A stretch of DNA of 64,000 nt from Bacteroidales bacterium (GTDB lineage: Bacteria; Bacteroidota; Bacteroidia; Bacteroidales; GCA-2748055): the NCBI GenBank assembly GCA_040903745.1, contig JBBDUV010000047.1:72977-136976 (forward strand). Direction: 5' to 3'. The translations under genes and the position numbers were made by a program. Under the pieces are notes generated by a model. That model made no database searches and had not been told where the DNA came from. It was given only the letters and a program-made list of their open reading frames with translations. Below, piece after piece: positions 9,367-17,819 of the stretch (its first letter is position 1; every line of letters begins with the position of its first letter).

Positions 9367-9945
9367 ATGAAGAAATTCTCAGATGAAGATATCATACGTG
9401 GTCTCAGGAAACGGGACAACGATGTAATACAATTCATATACACGGAGAATTTCGGGATGGTCAGCTCTATGGTTCTGAAAAACAGTGGGTCCGATGATGA
9501 TTCTGAAGATGTGTTCCAGGAAGCCCTGATCATCGTTTTCAAGCGGTTGCGGGAGGAGCCCGATTTTGAGTTGACCAGCACATTTTCCACCTTTCTTTAT
9601 TCTGTTGCCAGGCTGATCTGGCTGAAGAAGATCAGGGAGGACAAGAAAATGGAAGTTACGGAGTTGAAGAGGGAGATGGAGGAGTTTATTGAGTTCGAAG
9701 AGCCGCCCCCGGTGCAGGATAAGGATTTGAGGATGGCTGTATACCAGCGCAATCTAATTCTTATTCCGGAAGATTGTCAGAAGATACTTGTTCTTACCGG
9801 GCAGAATATCTCAGCGAAGGAGATCGCTGAGAAGTTGGGTTTCAGGAGTGATACCTATGTTAGGAAGCGAAGGCATTTTTGCAAGGAATTTCTGGCGAAC
9901 CGCATTAAGGAGGACAAAGCGTACCAGGCGTTGCTGGATGACTAA
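9367..9945 (+). CDS. Sigma-70 family (ECF-like) RNA polymerase sigma factor
   Basis: A region 2-like segment reads DVFQEALIIVFKRL...FSTFLYSVARLIWL. A region 4 HTH reads ILVLTGQNISAKEIAEKLGFRSDTYVRKRRHFC. Confidence 0.8.
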   Translation: MKKFSDEDIIRGLRKRDNDVIQFIYTENFGMVSSMVLKNSGSDDDSEDVFQEALIIVFKRLREEPDFELTSTFSTFLYSVARLIWLKKIREDKKMEVTELKREMEEFIEFEEPPPVQDKDLRMAVYQRNLILIPEDCQKILVLTGQNISAKEIAEKLGFRSDTYVRKRRHFCKEFLANRIKEDKAYQALLDD

Positions 9946-10014
9946 GCTTGAACTTTCAACACACTTATCTTTCTCCCGGTCTATCTTTCCAATTACATGT
10001 TTGCTTGCTTGCAT

Positions 10015-10054
10015 ACCTATCTACCTATCTACCTATCTACCTATCTGCCTATCT
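10015..10054. repeat. Octanucleotide microsatellite (ACCTATCT x4 plus one degenerate copy)
   Basis: Tandem 8-mers read directly between the convergent sigma and CHAT genes. Confidence 0.9.
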
Positions 10055-10064
10055 GCCTAATTAT

Positions 10065-12866
10065 CTAACTAACAATCTGTTTATTGCTCTTAAAGATTTT
10101 TCTTATCTGCTTTTTATAAGTAAATAGCAGAATGAGTAGTGTTAATCCTGTTATAATAACTGCCAGATAGAAACCTGCAGATCTGCTGTGTAGCGGACTG
10201 TTGTTACCCACTATCATGAAAGCTGACCAGAAGTAGGGGTTGGCTTTCAGTTTGTCGGAGGAGGTTATATAGTCTATTTTGGCTTCCCGGAGCGCTCTCT
10301 TTTTGTTTCTACCTTTTTTGAGGTAGTTATAGAATCCACTCATCAGTTCGGCGCTGGACTGGTCCGATACCTGCCAGAGGGTCATGACAATACTGGGGCA
10401 ACCCGCGTAGATAAAACCACGGGCCATGCTCATCATTCCCTCACCCTTTTGCATTTTACCGTATCCACTGGAGCAGGAGCTCAGCACCACCATTTCTGCG
10501 TTCAGCTTCATGTTATAGATCTCATAGGTAAAGAGGTTATGGTCCTGGGTGGTATCGCTAAAATCTCTGGCAAAAGCCAGTTTCGAGAACATCGGGTTTT
10601 CGTCATCCATGATCGTATGCATGGCAAGGTGCAGAACTTTGTAATCGGAAGCGTATTGTTTAAAGTTGCTCTCCGTAGCTTCGTAGTCCATAAACACTTC
10701 AGAGGGCATGGTTTTGGAAATGTATTCGACCTCTCTTTTTGCACCTGGCAGCGGCATCAGGAAATCGGGATTTGACTGGCGGTTCCAGACCAGTGGAACA
10801 TCGTCATCCAGAAGGTTCTCATATTCTGGCGCAAAGGCCAGCACTTTTGCATGCGGTGATTTTGTCCTGATCCTTTCACTGAAAAGCAGGGTGGAGGAAT
10901 GGGAATAACCGACTGACAAGTCATGAATAAGGTAGGGCAGATCGCGGTAATTGATATACTCTTTATCGACATCGGCTGTGATAAACGAATCGAAGGGGAG
11001 GTACATGATGGCTCCGTCGGGCACAAAAGTAATCTCGCGACTGTCGGTTACATCAAGCACGGGCTTTACAAGGACCTCATAAAACATTTGTCCGAGCGTT
11101 ACATATTCCCTGTAGGTTTCCCGAACATTTTTACTGAAATCCTGGTTTTGAAGCAGTTTATAGTATGCAAAGCAGTTTTCATGGAATTCAGGTTCAATTT
11201 TCTGTGTAAGCACCTTGATCTGTTTCTTATCGATTATAAAAGTGGTCAATATAGAATCAGACAAAACATATTCTACAATACATTCATTTTTTTTGAGTTT
11301 TTCCTGTGCCTCCTTCAGTGTAATGAAATTCGGTTTATATTTTAATTCAAAATATCGGGGGTAGTTTCTTTCTATGGAATCAATAAGAGAATTGTAATTA
11401 TCTTTTAGCTTAAAAAAAGAATTATTATAATTTCTCAACACTTCTTCGTTTGGTTTAATCTTAGACTTTTCTTCATATATTAGTTCAGTATATGCTTCTA
11501 TTTTTCTTGTTAAGTTTATTTCATTATTTTTTACTTCAGGGGGTAGCCCAGAAAAATGCATTGCTTCACCACCTTTAATTTCAGAATATAAAGAAAAGGC
11601 TTTCATGTTTTCTGCATATTGAAATGCTTTTTCTAAGTATTCATGATTAGCAGTGATATTAAATAATTTTGAGGCTACATCAACTGCTTCATGAATAATA
11701 GTAATTCTTTTTTGAGATTCTAAGTGAATACTCTCAGGATTTCTCATATGTAGCCTGAAAACTTTTAAATATTCTATACTTCTAGAGTAGTTTTCTAATG
11801 AAAGTTTTAAATCATTAATATTATTAGTTTCATTGTATAACTTTCGAGCTGCATCTGCGTACAATTTGAAGAAATCAATAATATCTCTATTATAAGCGCG
11901 TTCATTCAAAATGTTATAAGCAGCATCAGAGTTATTATTTATATCTGATAATTTATTAATAGTCGTTGATAACCAAGCAATGCAATTATTATAATTCCCT
12001 TTTAAGTAATGTATATTACCAATTAATAAATATGTTTGATATAGCTTTTCAAATGAAGTCGATTCAGTATTATTCGTAATTTCTAAATTATTTAATAAAT
12101 ATTGCAGTGCAATATCATAATTCCCCAATTTAACATTTATAGAGGCTACCCTAAAGTTGTACAACATATGCAATGGGCTATTTGGATATAAACACTTATC
12201 GTATATATCTTTAGCAGTGTTAGTCTCAATTAATGCTAATTCAAGTTTAGACATTCTACTATATGCTTCTGCTAGAAATAAGTGCTTATAGTAATCTAAT
12301 CTTGGATTATTAGCTACAAATCCTAGCTCATTTAGAAATGAAATTGCTTCTTCAATTCTATCCTGAGTAATTAAAATATTAAAAAGATTAATATATGGTT
12401 TTACAAATACATCCGTATTTAATGGCATGTGAGTACTAAAGAAGTCAAGACAATAATTATAATACAATTCTGCTTCACTAAAATCTGAAAAACTGTAGTA
12501 AACATTACCCTTATTGTTATATATATAACCTAAAAACTCTGAGTTAGGATCATGCTCTGAAAAGTAATTCTCCGCAATATTTAAGTGCTTAAGTGCTTTT
12601 TGAAAATTATTTAGATTTCTGTAAATAACACTTAAATTCACATGTGTTGAAGCTGTTTTTGAATGGAATTTACCTAGAGATGCTTCCTGTAATTCCAGTG
12701 TCTTAAGAAGATAATATTCAGCACTATCGTAATTGCCTTGTTTTAAGTAATTAAATCCGGGTTTGTTATATGAGTCAATAAGTTTCTTTGTATCAATATA
12801 CTCTTGTCCAATTATAGTATTGATAAATCCTAATCCAAGAGATAATATGTAGATTATTGTTTTCAC
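10065..12866 (-). CDS. TPR-repeat CHAT-domain (caspase-like) protease with signal peptide and C-terminal TM anchor
   Basis: The CHAT dyad context is intact (VLHLAMHT and VVLSSCSSGYG). About 600 aa of TPR-like repeats lie upstream of it. A C-terminal TM reads FYLAVIITGLTLLILLF. The likely start is GTG at 12866 (MKTIIYILSLGLGF); the ORF stays open to 12947. Confidence 0.8.
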   Translation of the reverse strand: MKTIIYILSLGLGFINTIIGQEYIDTKKLIDSYNKPGFNYLKQGNYDSAEYYLLKTLELQEASLGKFHSKTASTHVNLSVIYRNLNNFQKALKHLNIAENYFSEHDPNSEFLGYIYNNKGNVYYSFSDFSEAELYYNYCLDFFSTHMPLNTDVFVKPYINLFNILITQDRIEEAISFLNELGFVANNPRLDYYKHLFLAEAYSRMSKLELALIETNTAKDIYDKCLYPNSPLHMLYNFRVASINVKLGNYDIALQYLLNNLEITNNTESTSFEKLYQTYLLIGNIHYLKGNYNNCIAWLSTTINKLSDINNNSDAAYNILNERAYNRDIIDFFKLYADAARKLYNETNNINDLKLSLENYSRSIEYLKVFRLHMRNPESIHLESQKRITIIHEAVDVASKLFNITANHEYLEKAFQYAENMKAFSLYSEIKGGEAMHFSGLPPEVKNNEINLTRKIEAYTELIYEEKSKIKPNEEVLRNYNNSFFKLKDNYNSLIDSIERNYPRYFELKYKPNFITLKEAQEKLKKNECIVEYVLSDSILTTFIIDKKQIKVLTQKIEPEFHENCFAYYKLLQNQDFSKNVRETYREYVTLGQMFYEVLVKPVLDVTDSREITFVPDGAIMYLPFDSFITADVDKEYINYRDLPYLIHDLSVGYSHSSTLLFSERIRTKSPHAKVLAFAPEYENLLDDDVPLVWNRQSNPDFLMPLPGAKREVEYISKTMPSEVFMDYEATESNFKQYASDYKVLHLAMHTIMDDENPMFSKLAFARDFSDTTQDHNLFTYEIYNMKLNAEMVVLSSCSSGYGKMQKGEGMMSMARGFIYAGCPSIVMTLWQVSDQSSAELMSGFYNYLKKGRNKKRALREAKIDYITSSDKLKANPYFWSAFMIVGNNSPLHSRSAGFYLAVIITGLTLLILLFTYKKQIRKIFKSNKQIVS

Positions 12867-13028
12867 GATGTTTAAAAAAAGTAAAATAATTTCATGATTA
12901 CAAATAGAATGGTATTTATTTATATTTCGTAAAGTACATAAAAGCAAATAGTTAAGACTTCGATCAATTATTTTTTTATTTTTCTGTTTTTATTTGGGTA
13001 ACGTTTGGGGTGTTTTTGGAATAAAGGG

Positions 13029-13064
13029 TTGAACGATCAACAAAACATGTATGAACCCTAATTA
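13029..13064. repeat. Left arm of an inverted-repeat pair (TTGAACGATCAA ... CCCTAATTA)
   Basis: The exact reverse complements of both blocks recur at 15459-15480. Confidence 0.7.
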
Positions 13065-13075
13065 ACAAAAACGTC

Positions 13076-13213
13076 ATGAAAACATTAAAAACAACAATCG
13101 ATTCTTTTGTAACGGATGCAATTACAAGAAATGAAATGAATTATCTTTTTGGAGGAGGTGAACCAATAGATATGATTATTCCTCCTGATGATGATGATGA
13201 AGAGCCGAAATAG
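13076..13213 (+). CDS. Small GG-leader peptide precursor (45 aa), absent from the ORF track
   Basis: ATG to TAG encodes MKTLKTTIDSFVTDAITRNEMNYLFGGGEPIDMIIPPDDDDEEPK. The leader pattern (L/I)xxxEMxxxxGG resembles Bacteroidota double-glycine bacteriocin/RiPP leaders. Confidence 0.5.
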   Translation: MKTLKTTIDSFVTDAITRNEMNYLFGGGEPIDMIIPPDDDDEEPK

Positions 13214-13754
13214 TTAAACTCAACAAAGAATTTTTGCACTCCTGACATTTTTTGTCAGAGTGGGACCTTCAACAGTTGCGAAAACGTTCGAACTGTCATG
13301 TGTAGAAAAATATATAGCCGGGGAGTATGCAACGACATGCGGTACCGGAAGATATAGGACAAGCACCCTTGTGTTTCTTTCATAGAGCTTCAATGTATCA
13401 TTGCATTGAGTCGCCAAATGGAAGATATATCAAGAAGGAAAGTTAGATTCTTCCATTGAGCCGAAGTAGTTCATGCTGCTTTAAGCGACACGGATGACTT
13501 TAACAGACCAACAGGAGGTAATTATATTCTTGAGCAGGGAAAAGCGGTTGGATAGCTTTTGGCTGACTGAATGCATAAAAACTGAATGTGCTATGTCCAC
13601 CCTTCAGTGAAACATAAAGTGGCACTGAGGCCGGAACAAACCAGACAGATGACCAGTGAACCATCGGGTTTCATCGGCCCGCAGTAATTAAAATCTACTG
13701 AAAAGCTGGAGCACTCCGGATTGTTATACATGAAATATTAATTTATATACTGAT

Positions 13755-14507
13755 ATGAAACGAGACAGACATTTTATCCAGAAATACCTCGATAATGACC
13801 TTTCAGACAAGGACATGAAGAGGTTTGAAGCAGATCTCGAAGTCAGTTCTCAACTTCAAAACGACCTGGCATTATACCGGGAAATTGATGAAGCGCTAAC
13901 CGATACGGAAGTATTGGGATTCAGAGAACAGCTTACAGATTTGCGACGAGAAAAACAAAAAGGTGGAGGGACCGGAAAGGGACCGATCCGCTTTACAAAA
14001 CCATGGCATTATGCTGCAACGGCAGCAATTGCACTGTTCCTGGCCATTGGCCTGGCATCTATACTTGACAGGCCCTTGGATAACAAGGACCTGCTTAAAA
14101 AGTACTACAAACCTTATGAGGTGGCATTGATCAACAGGTCAGACAATTCAACGGTCGACCTGATCCTGAAAAATGCAGAGATCCTCTATCAGAGGGGAGA
14201 GTTTAAGCAAGCTGCCATATATTTTGAAAAGGTGCTGGAAGAGCAACCTGATCTGGCAGGAACCAACCTCTATACAGGTATATCGTATTATGAACTTGAA
14301 CGATATTACGATGCCAAAAATTCATTGAACAGGGTGATCGAACACAACGATAACCTCTACATTGAACAGGCTGAGTGGTACCTGGGACTCTGCTTCCTCG
14401 CTCTCGAAGAGAATGATCGGGCAATAAGACAATTTGCCAGGATCGCTTCAGGCAACAGTGATAAGGCAACTGATGCCAGAAAGTTGCTGAGAAAGATCCG
14501 TAGATAG
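13755..14507 (+). CDS. Single-pass membrane TPR protein with an anti-sigma-like N-terminus
   Basis: The N-terminal helix reads FIQKYLDNDLSDKDMKRFEADL. The TM reads YAATAAIALFLAIGLASIL. The C-terminus carries TPR repeats. There is no zinc-finger Cys/His. Confidence 0.5.
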   Translation: MKRDRHFIQKYLDNDLSDKDMKRFEADLEVSSQLQNDLALYREIDEALTDTEVLGFREQLTDLRREKQKGGGTGKGPIRFTKPWHYAATAAIALFLAIGLASILDRPLDNKDLLKKYYKPYEVALINRSDNSTVDLILKNAEILYQRGEFKQAAIYFEKVLEEQPDLAGTNLYTGISYYELERYYDAKNSLNRVIEHNDNLYIEQAEWYLGLCFLALEENDRAIRQFARIASGNSDKATDARKLLRKIRR

Positions 14508-14552
14508 CAGAGACAACAGTTCAGCGGAACAATACACGCTTTTTATTGTGAA

Positions 14553-15410
14553 ATGATCAGAGAGAGATTTTATTCTGGAATGGAAATGGATCCGACATAT
14601 GAGGAGTTGCTATCTGACAACAGGAAACTGAAGCAGAAGCTGGAGTGGCTGGAAGGTGTTTATCATAGTCACAGAGATGCCGGAGAACAAGTGAAGGAGA
14701 AATTCCTGTCCAATATGTCTCACGAGATCAGGACACCAATGAATTCAATTCTGGGATTTGCAAATCTCCTGAACGATAACCAGCTAACAGAGAATGAGAG
14801 GGATGAATACTTATATTATATCACACACAGTAGCCGGACGCTCTTAAAAGTATTGGATAATATGATCGATCTGACCTTACTGGAGACCAAAGGTCTTAAA
14901 ATGAGGCGGGAGGAGATCTATGCAGAGGACCTGTTTAAAGAGATCTATGAGTTTTTTAATTCAAGGGTGGCTCGAACGATGCACTATCGGATAGCATTGT
15001 TAATGACAATCCCAACACAGTATGGAAGGATCACATTGGAGGCCGATGGATACAGGTTAAAACGAATTATTGAAAACTTGATTAGCAGCGCGTTCAATCA
15101 TCAGATCAAGGGTGTGATTGAAATGAGGATGGATGTAAAAGATGAGAATAGAATCGTCTTTACCGTGATAAGTAGTAAAAATGAGTTGCTCGAAGAACGG
15201 GCAAAAATGATCTTTGAAAATAATGGTAGTACGGATGACTGGCATAACCAGCTAGACTCCACGGGCCTTTCTTATAAATTGGCACGTGATTTGGCTCATG
15301 CCATGGGAGGCTCTGTCAGTCTGAAAAAGGTGAGTGAAAAGAGAATGGGAATATCAGTCGATCTGCCAATAAAGCGTATCGGCTATATTAAAAAAAAAAG
15401 AGTCGCCTGA
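14553..15410 (+). CDS. Soluble histidine kinase-like protein with a degenerate ATP-binding domain
   Basis: The H-box SNMSHEIRTPMNSILGF is intact. There is no TM segment. G1 (DxGxG) is absent and G2 is degenerate (DSTGLSYKL). Confidence 0.7.
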   Translation: MIRERFYSGMEMDPTYEELLSDNRKLKQKLEWLEGVYHSHRDAGEQVKEKFLSNMSHEIRTPMNSILGFANLLNDNQLTENERDEYLYYITHSSRTLLKVLDNMIDLTLLETKGLKMRREEIYAEDLFKEIYEFFNSRVARTMHYRIALLMTIPTQYGRITLEADGYRLKRIIENLISSAFNHQIKGVIEMRMDVKDENRIVFTVISSKNELLEERAKMIFENNGSTDDWHNQLDSTGLSYKLARDLAHAMGGSVSLKKVSEKRMGISVDLPIKRIGYIKKKRVA

Positions 15411-15458
15411 AAACGTTACAGCACTGTTGAATTGAACGGGAATTGATGTAGCTCCCAA

Positions 15459-15480
15459 TAATTAGGGATTGATCGTTCAA
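15459..15480. repeat. Right arm of the inverted-repeat pair (TAATTAGGG a TTGATCGTTCAA)
   Basis: Reverse complement of the blocks at 13029-13064. Confidence 0.7.
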
Positions 15481-15484
15481 AACA

Positions 15485-15904
15485 TTAAAAGGGGAGGTCA
15501 TCAAATCCCGAATCATCAACAGGCGGATCTTCCGGAAAAGGAGCCTGGTTGTCTGACGTAACCGTATTCTGATCTTGTACGCCCGGTGTATTGGGGTTAA
15601 TACTTGTTGATTGTTCGTTTTCAATCTTCCAGGCATCAAGGTTAGTAAAATACGAAGTCTGACCATCTTTCTCCCACTTTCTTCCACGAAGGTTGAAACT
15701 CACCTTCGCCTGGTCGTTCACATTCAATCCGTCAAGTAAACTGCACTTGTCCTGCACAGCCTGGAATTTGATGTATTCAATAAACTCAAACCCGCTGCTG
15801 CTGGTTTCCTTCACCTCAAGGATAAACTCTCGTTTCTTAAACTTGTCAGTTACTTGCTGGGTCGGAAAGATCTCAAAGATCCTGCCTGAAATTTCAAAGC
15901 TCAT
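15485..15904 (-). CDS. DUF3127 domain-containing protein
   Basis: The N-terminus MSFEISGRIFEIFPTQQVTDKFKKREFILEV is typical of DUF3127. The C-terminal tail is acidic. Confidence 0.75.
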   Translation of the reverse strand: MSFEISGRIFEIFPTQQVTDKFKKREFILEVKETSSSGFEFIEYIKFQAVQDKCSLLDGLNVNDQAKVSFNLRGRKWEKDGQTSYFTNLDAWKIENEQSTSINPNTPGVQDQNTVTSDNQAPFPEDPPVDDSGFDDLPF

Positions 15905-16010
15905 AGTTAATTGTTGTTTTATATATCATGACAAAACTAGTAAAAACCACTGCATTTTTTGTGCAGTAAAAAACATTACAGAAGAAAAGCCAATTTATTC
16001 TGATAGAAAA

Positions 16011-16037
16011 GCCAGGAAAGCACTATACTTTCCTGGC
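16011..16037 (-). terminator. Hairpin terminator candidate downstream of the FKBP gene
   Basis: A perfect 10-bp stem (GCCAGGAAAG / CTTTCCTGGC) with a 7-nt loop and T/A-rich flanks on both sides. Confidence 0.5.
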
Positions 16038-16070
16038 TTTGATGTTTTTTGCCCGGGAACCGGGGATATC

Positions 16071-16778
16071 TTATTCTTCTGCCCCTTCGGCTACAGATAT
16101 TAGTTCAACTTCAAAGATGAGAACCGAATTTGGCGGGATTGCCGGTGATGGCGGACGCTCTCCATAAGCCAGGTTGGAGGGAACATAAAATTTGTATTTG
16201 GACCCCTCACTCATCAACTGTAAACCTTCTGTCCAACCAGGAATCACCTGGTTCAACGCGAATGTTGCAGGTTCACCACGGTCAACACTGCTATCAAAAA
16301 CAGTGCCGTTAATTAATGTACCGTGGTAATGAACCGTAACTGTCGATGACTCAGTCGGCATCTTTCCGTCGCCCTCCTCCAGTGGTTCGTACTGAAGACC
16401 CGATTCAGTGGTGAAGACACCTTCACGCAACTTGTTCTTATCCAAAAATTCAACGCCTTCCTGCGATTTGCGGTTCATAACACCCTGAATGAGCTGCATC
16501 TGCAACATCTCAACAGTCTGGCGATCGAAAGAGGATGAGTCGTGCAGTACGGTATTTATCCCGGATCCCACCAGCACCGGATTAATCTGATCAAATAGAT
16601 CAGCTGTCTGATATCCAATGGAAAGTCCGAGAAAATAACTCAGTGAATCCCAGTCATTCTGAAGATTTACCTGGGCTTCCGATCGGATTTTTTCACCCCC
16701 GATGAAGTTATTCACGAAATAACCTCCTGCAAATGCAACGATCACCAGGATCAGTGTTGTAAGTGTTTTGTTGTTCAT
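16071..16778 (-). CDS. FKBP-type peptidyl-prolyl cis-trans isomerase
   Basis: FKBP C-domain motifs are present: [37 protein letters not shown] and LIFEVELI. The N-terminus is a signal or anchor sequence. Confidence 0.85.
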   Translation of the reverse strand: MNNKTLTTLILVIVAFAGGYFVNNFIGGEKIRSEAQVNLQNDWDSLSYFLGLSIGYQTADLFDQINPVLVGSGINTVLHDSSSFDRQTVEMLQMQLIQGVMNRKSQEGVEFLDKNKLREGVFTTESGLQYEPLEEGDGKMPTESSTVTVHYHGTLINGTVFDSSVDRGEPATFALNQVIPGWTEGLQLMSEGSKYKFYVPSNLAYGERPPSPAIPPNSVLIFEVELISVAEGAEE

Positions 16779-16890
16779 GACAATGATTTAAAATGTTTTA
16801 ATGAAAATGCGAAGTTAAGAAAATTTGGTCGGATTTAACAAGAACAGTCGGGTTGCTATATCAAAAAGGTAAGATTAAGAACAAAAAGAC

Positions 16891-17544
16891 TTAAATAACC
16901 GGTTTAGTTGCCCGCACAATCTCCCTTTTACCTGGCGGACCAGGAAGTTTTTGCACAGTAAAACCAGCCTGCTTCATATTTCGCCTTACCTGTCCACTCG
17001 ATGAGTAAGTCGTTAGCACTGCCCCAGGCGCCGCCAACTCATTAACCCTGGTGAATATTTCAACGGTCCATAAGGCAGGCTGAACTACAGGTGCAAATGC
17101 ATCAAAATAGATCACATCAAACAAACCCAATGGCGCAGCCTCCCTGAAATCGGCACACTCCTTGTAAAGCGCAAACGATTCTGAAATCTGTACATCTGTA
17201 CCCCAGTCAGCCTCATGAATCTTTCCAAAGATCTCCATATTGTATTCCGAAAGGTTTAGCATTTCAAACTCGGTTTTTGACAACGGATATTTTTCTATGG
17301 CATGGTAATATACCTCCCGGTTACACTCCCCTGCCTGCATAAAAGTTAGTAAAACATTTAGCCCCGTTCCCATTCCATATTCCAGAACCCGCACAGGATT
17401 TTTGTCAGAATAGCCGAATGCTGCCCTGATATAGATATGCTCAGACTCCGCAACCGCTCCGTTCACAGAATGGTAATGCTCATCCAGTTCCGGAATGTAG
17501 ATCGTATGCGATCCGTCCCCAGTTTTTGTAAGCCTGCGCTCCAT
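16891..17544 (-). CDS. mnmD: tRNA (mnm5s2U34) methyltransferase MnmD (DUF752 SAM-MTase)
   Basis: Motifs TKTGDGSHTIYIPELDEHYHSVNGAVAESEHIYI and VLEYGMGTGLN are present. The length is 217 aa. Confidence 0.7.
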   Translation of the reverse strand: MERRLTKTGDGSHTIYIPELDEHYHSVNGAVAESEHIYIRAAFGYSDKNPVRVLEYGMGTGLNVLLTFMQAGECNREVYYHAIEKYPLSKTEFEMLNLSEYNMEIFGKIHEADWGTDVQISESFALYKECADFREAAPLGLFDVIYFDAFAPVVQPALWTVEIFTRVNELAAPGAVLTTYSSSGQVRRNMKQAGFTVQKLPGPPGKREIVRATKPVI

Positions 17545-17798
17545 TTTTCAAAGTTATGATATTTTCGTCATTCCGAATACTTTGCCTGAGCAAAAATTGT
17601 AAGGCCGGGAATCAGTTTAAAAAGGGGAATTTTTAGCAACTGTTGAACGCAGATTATGCAGCAGTAGCCGGTACTTTCACAGGGGAATCATGCGGAACCC
17701 CTTCGGCCGATATATTCAGTTCTTTCAATATTAAATAGGAAATAAATAACTCCATAAAAATAGTTAATAATTAAAATATTAAATATATATTTATAGTG

Positions 17799-17806
17799 TA
17801 CATTTG
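17799..17806 (+). promoter_or_regulatory. Candidate -7 promoter box (TACATTTG)
   Basis: Exact TAnnTTTG match 14 nt upstream of the integrase ATG. Confidence 0.3.
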
Positions 17807-17819
17807 TATGTAAATAAAA

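Noticed and set aside
13220-13417. 65-aa minus-strand ORF in the 540-bp gap after the GG-peptide gene
   Set aside because: It has no start context, no recognisable motif and no partner genes. It is more likely non-coding spacer, and I could not assign a function to this gap.
15390-15399. A10 tract as a phase-variation site in the degenerate kinase gene
   Set aside because: It lies in the last six codons (KKKRVA), so slippage would change only the extreme C-terminus.
17545-17819. tRNA or att site next to the integrase-like gene
   Set aside because: I found no cloverleaf-compatible sequence or T-loop (GTTCGAATC-like) motif. I also saw no direct repeat matching the region after the gene.
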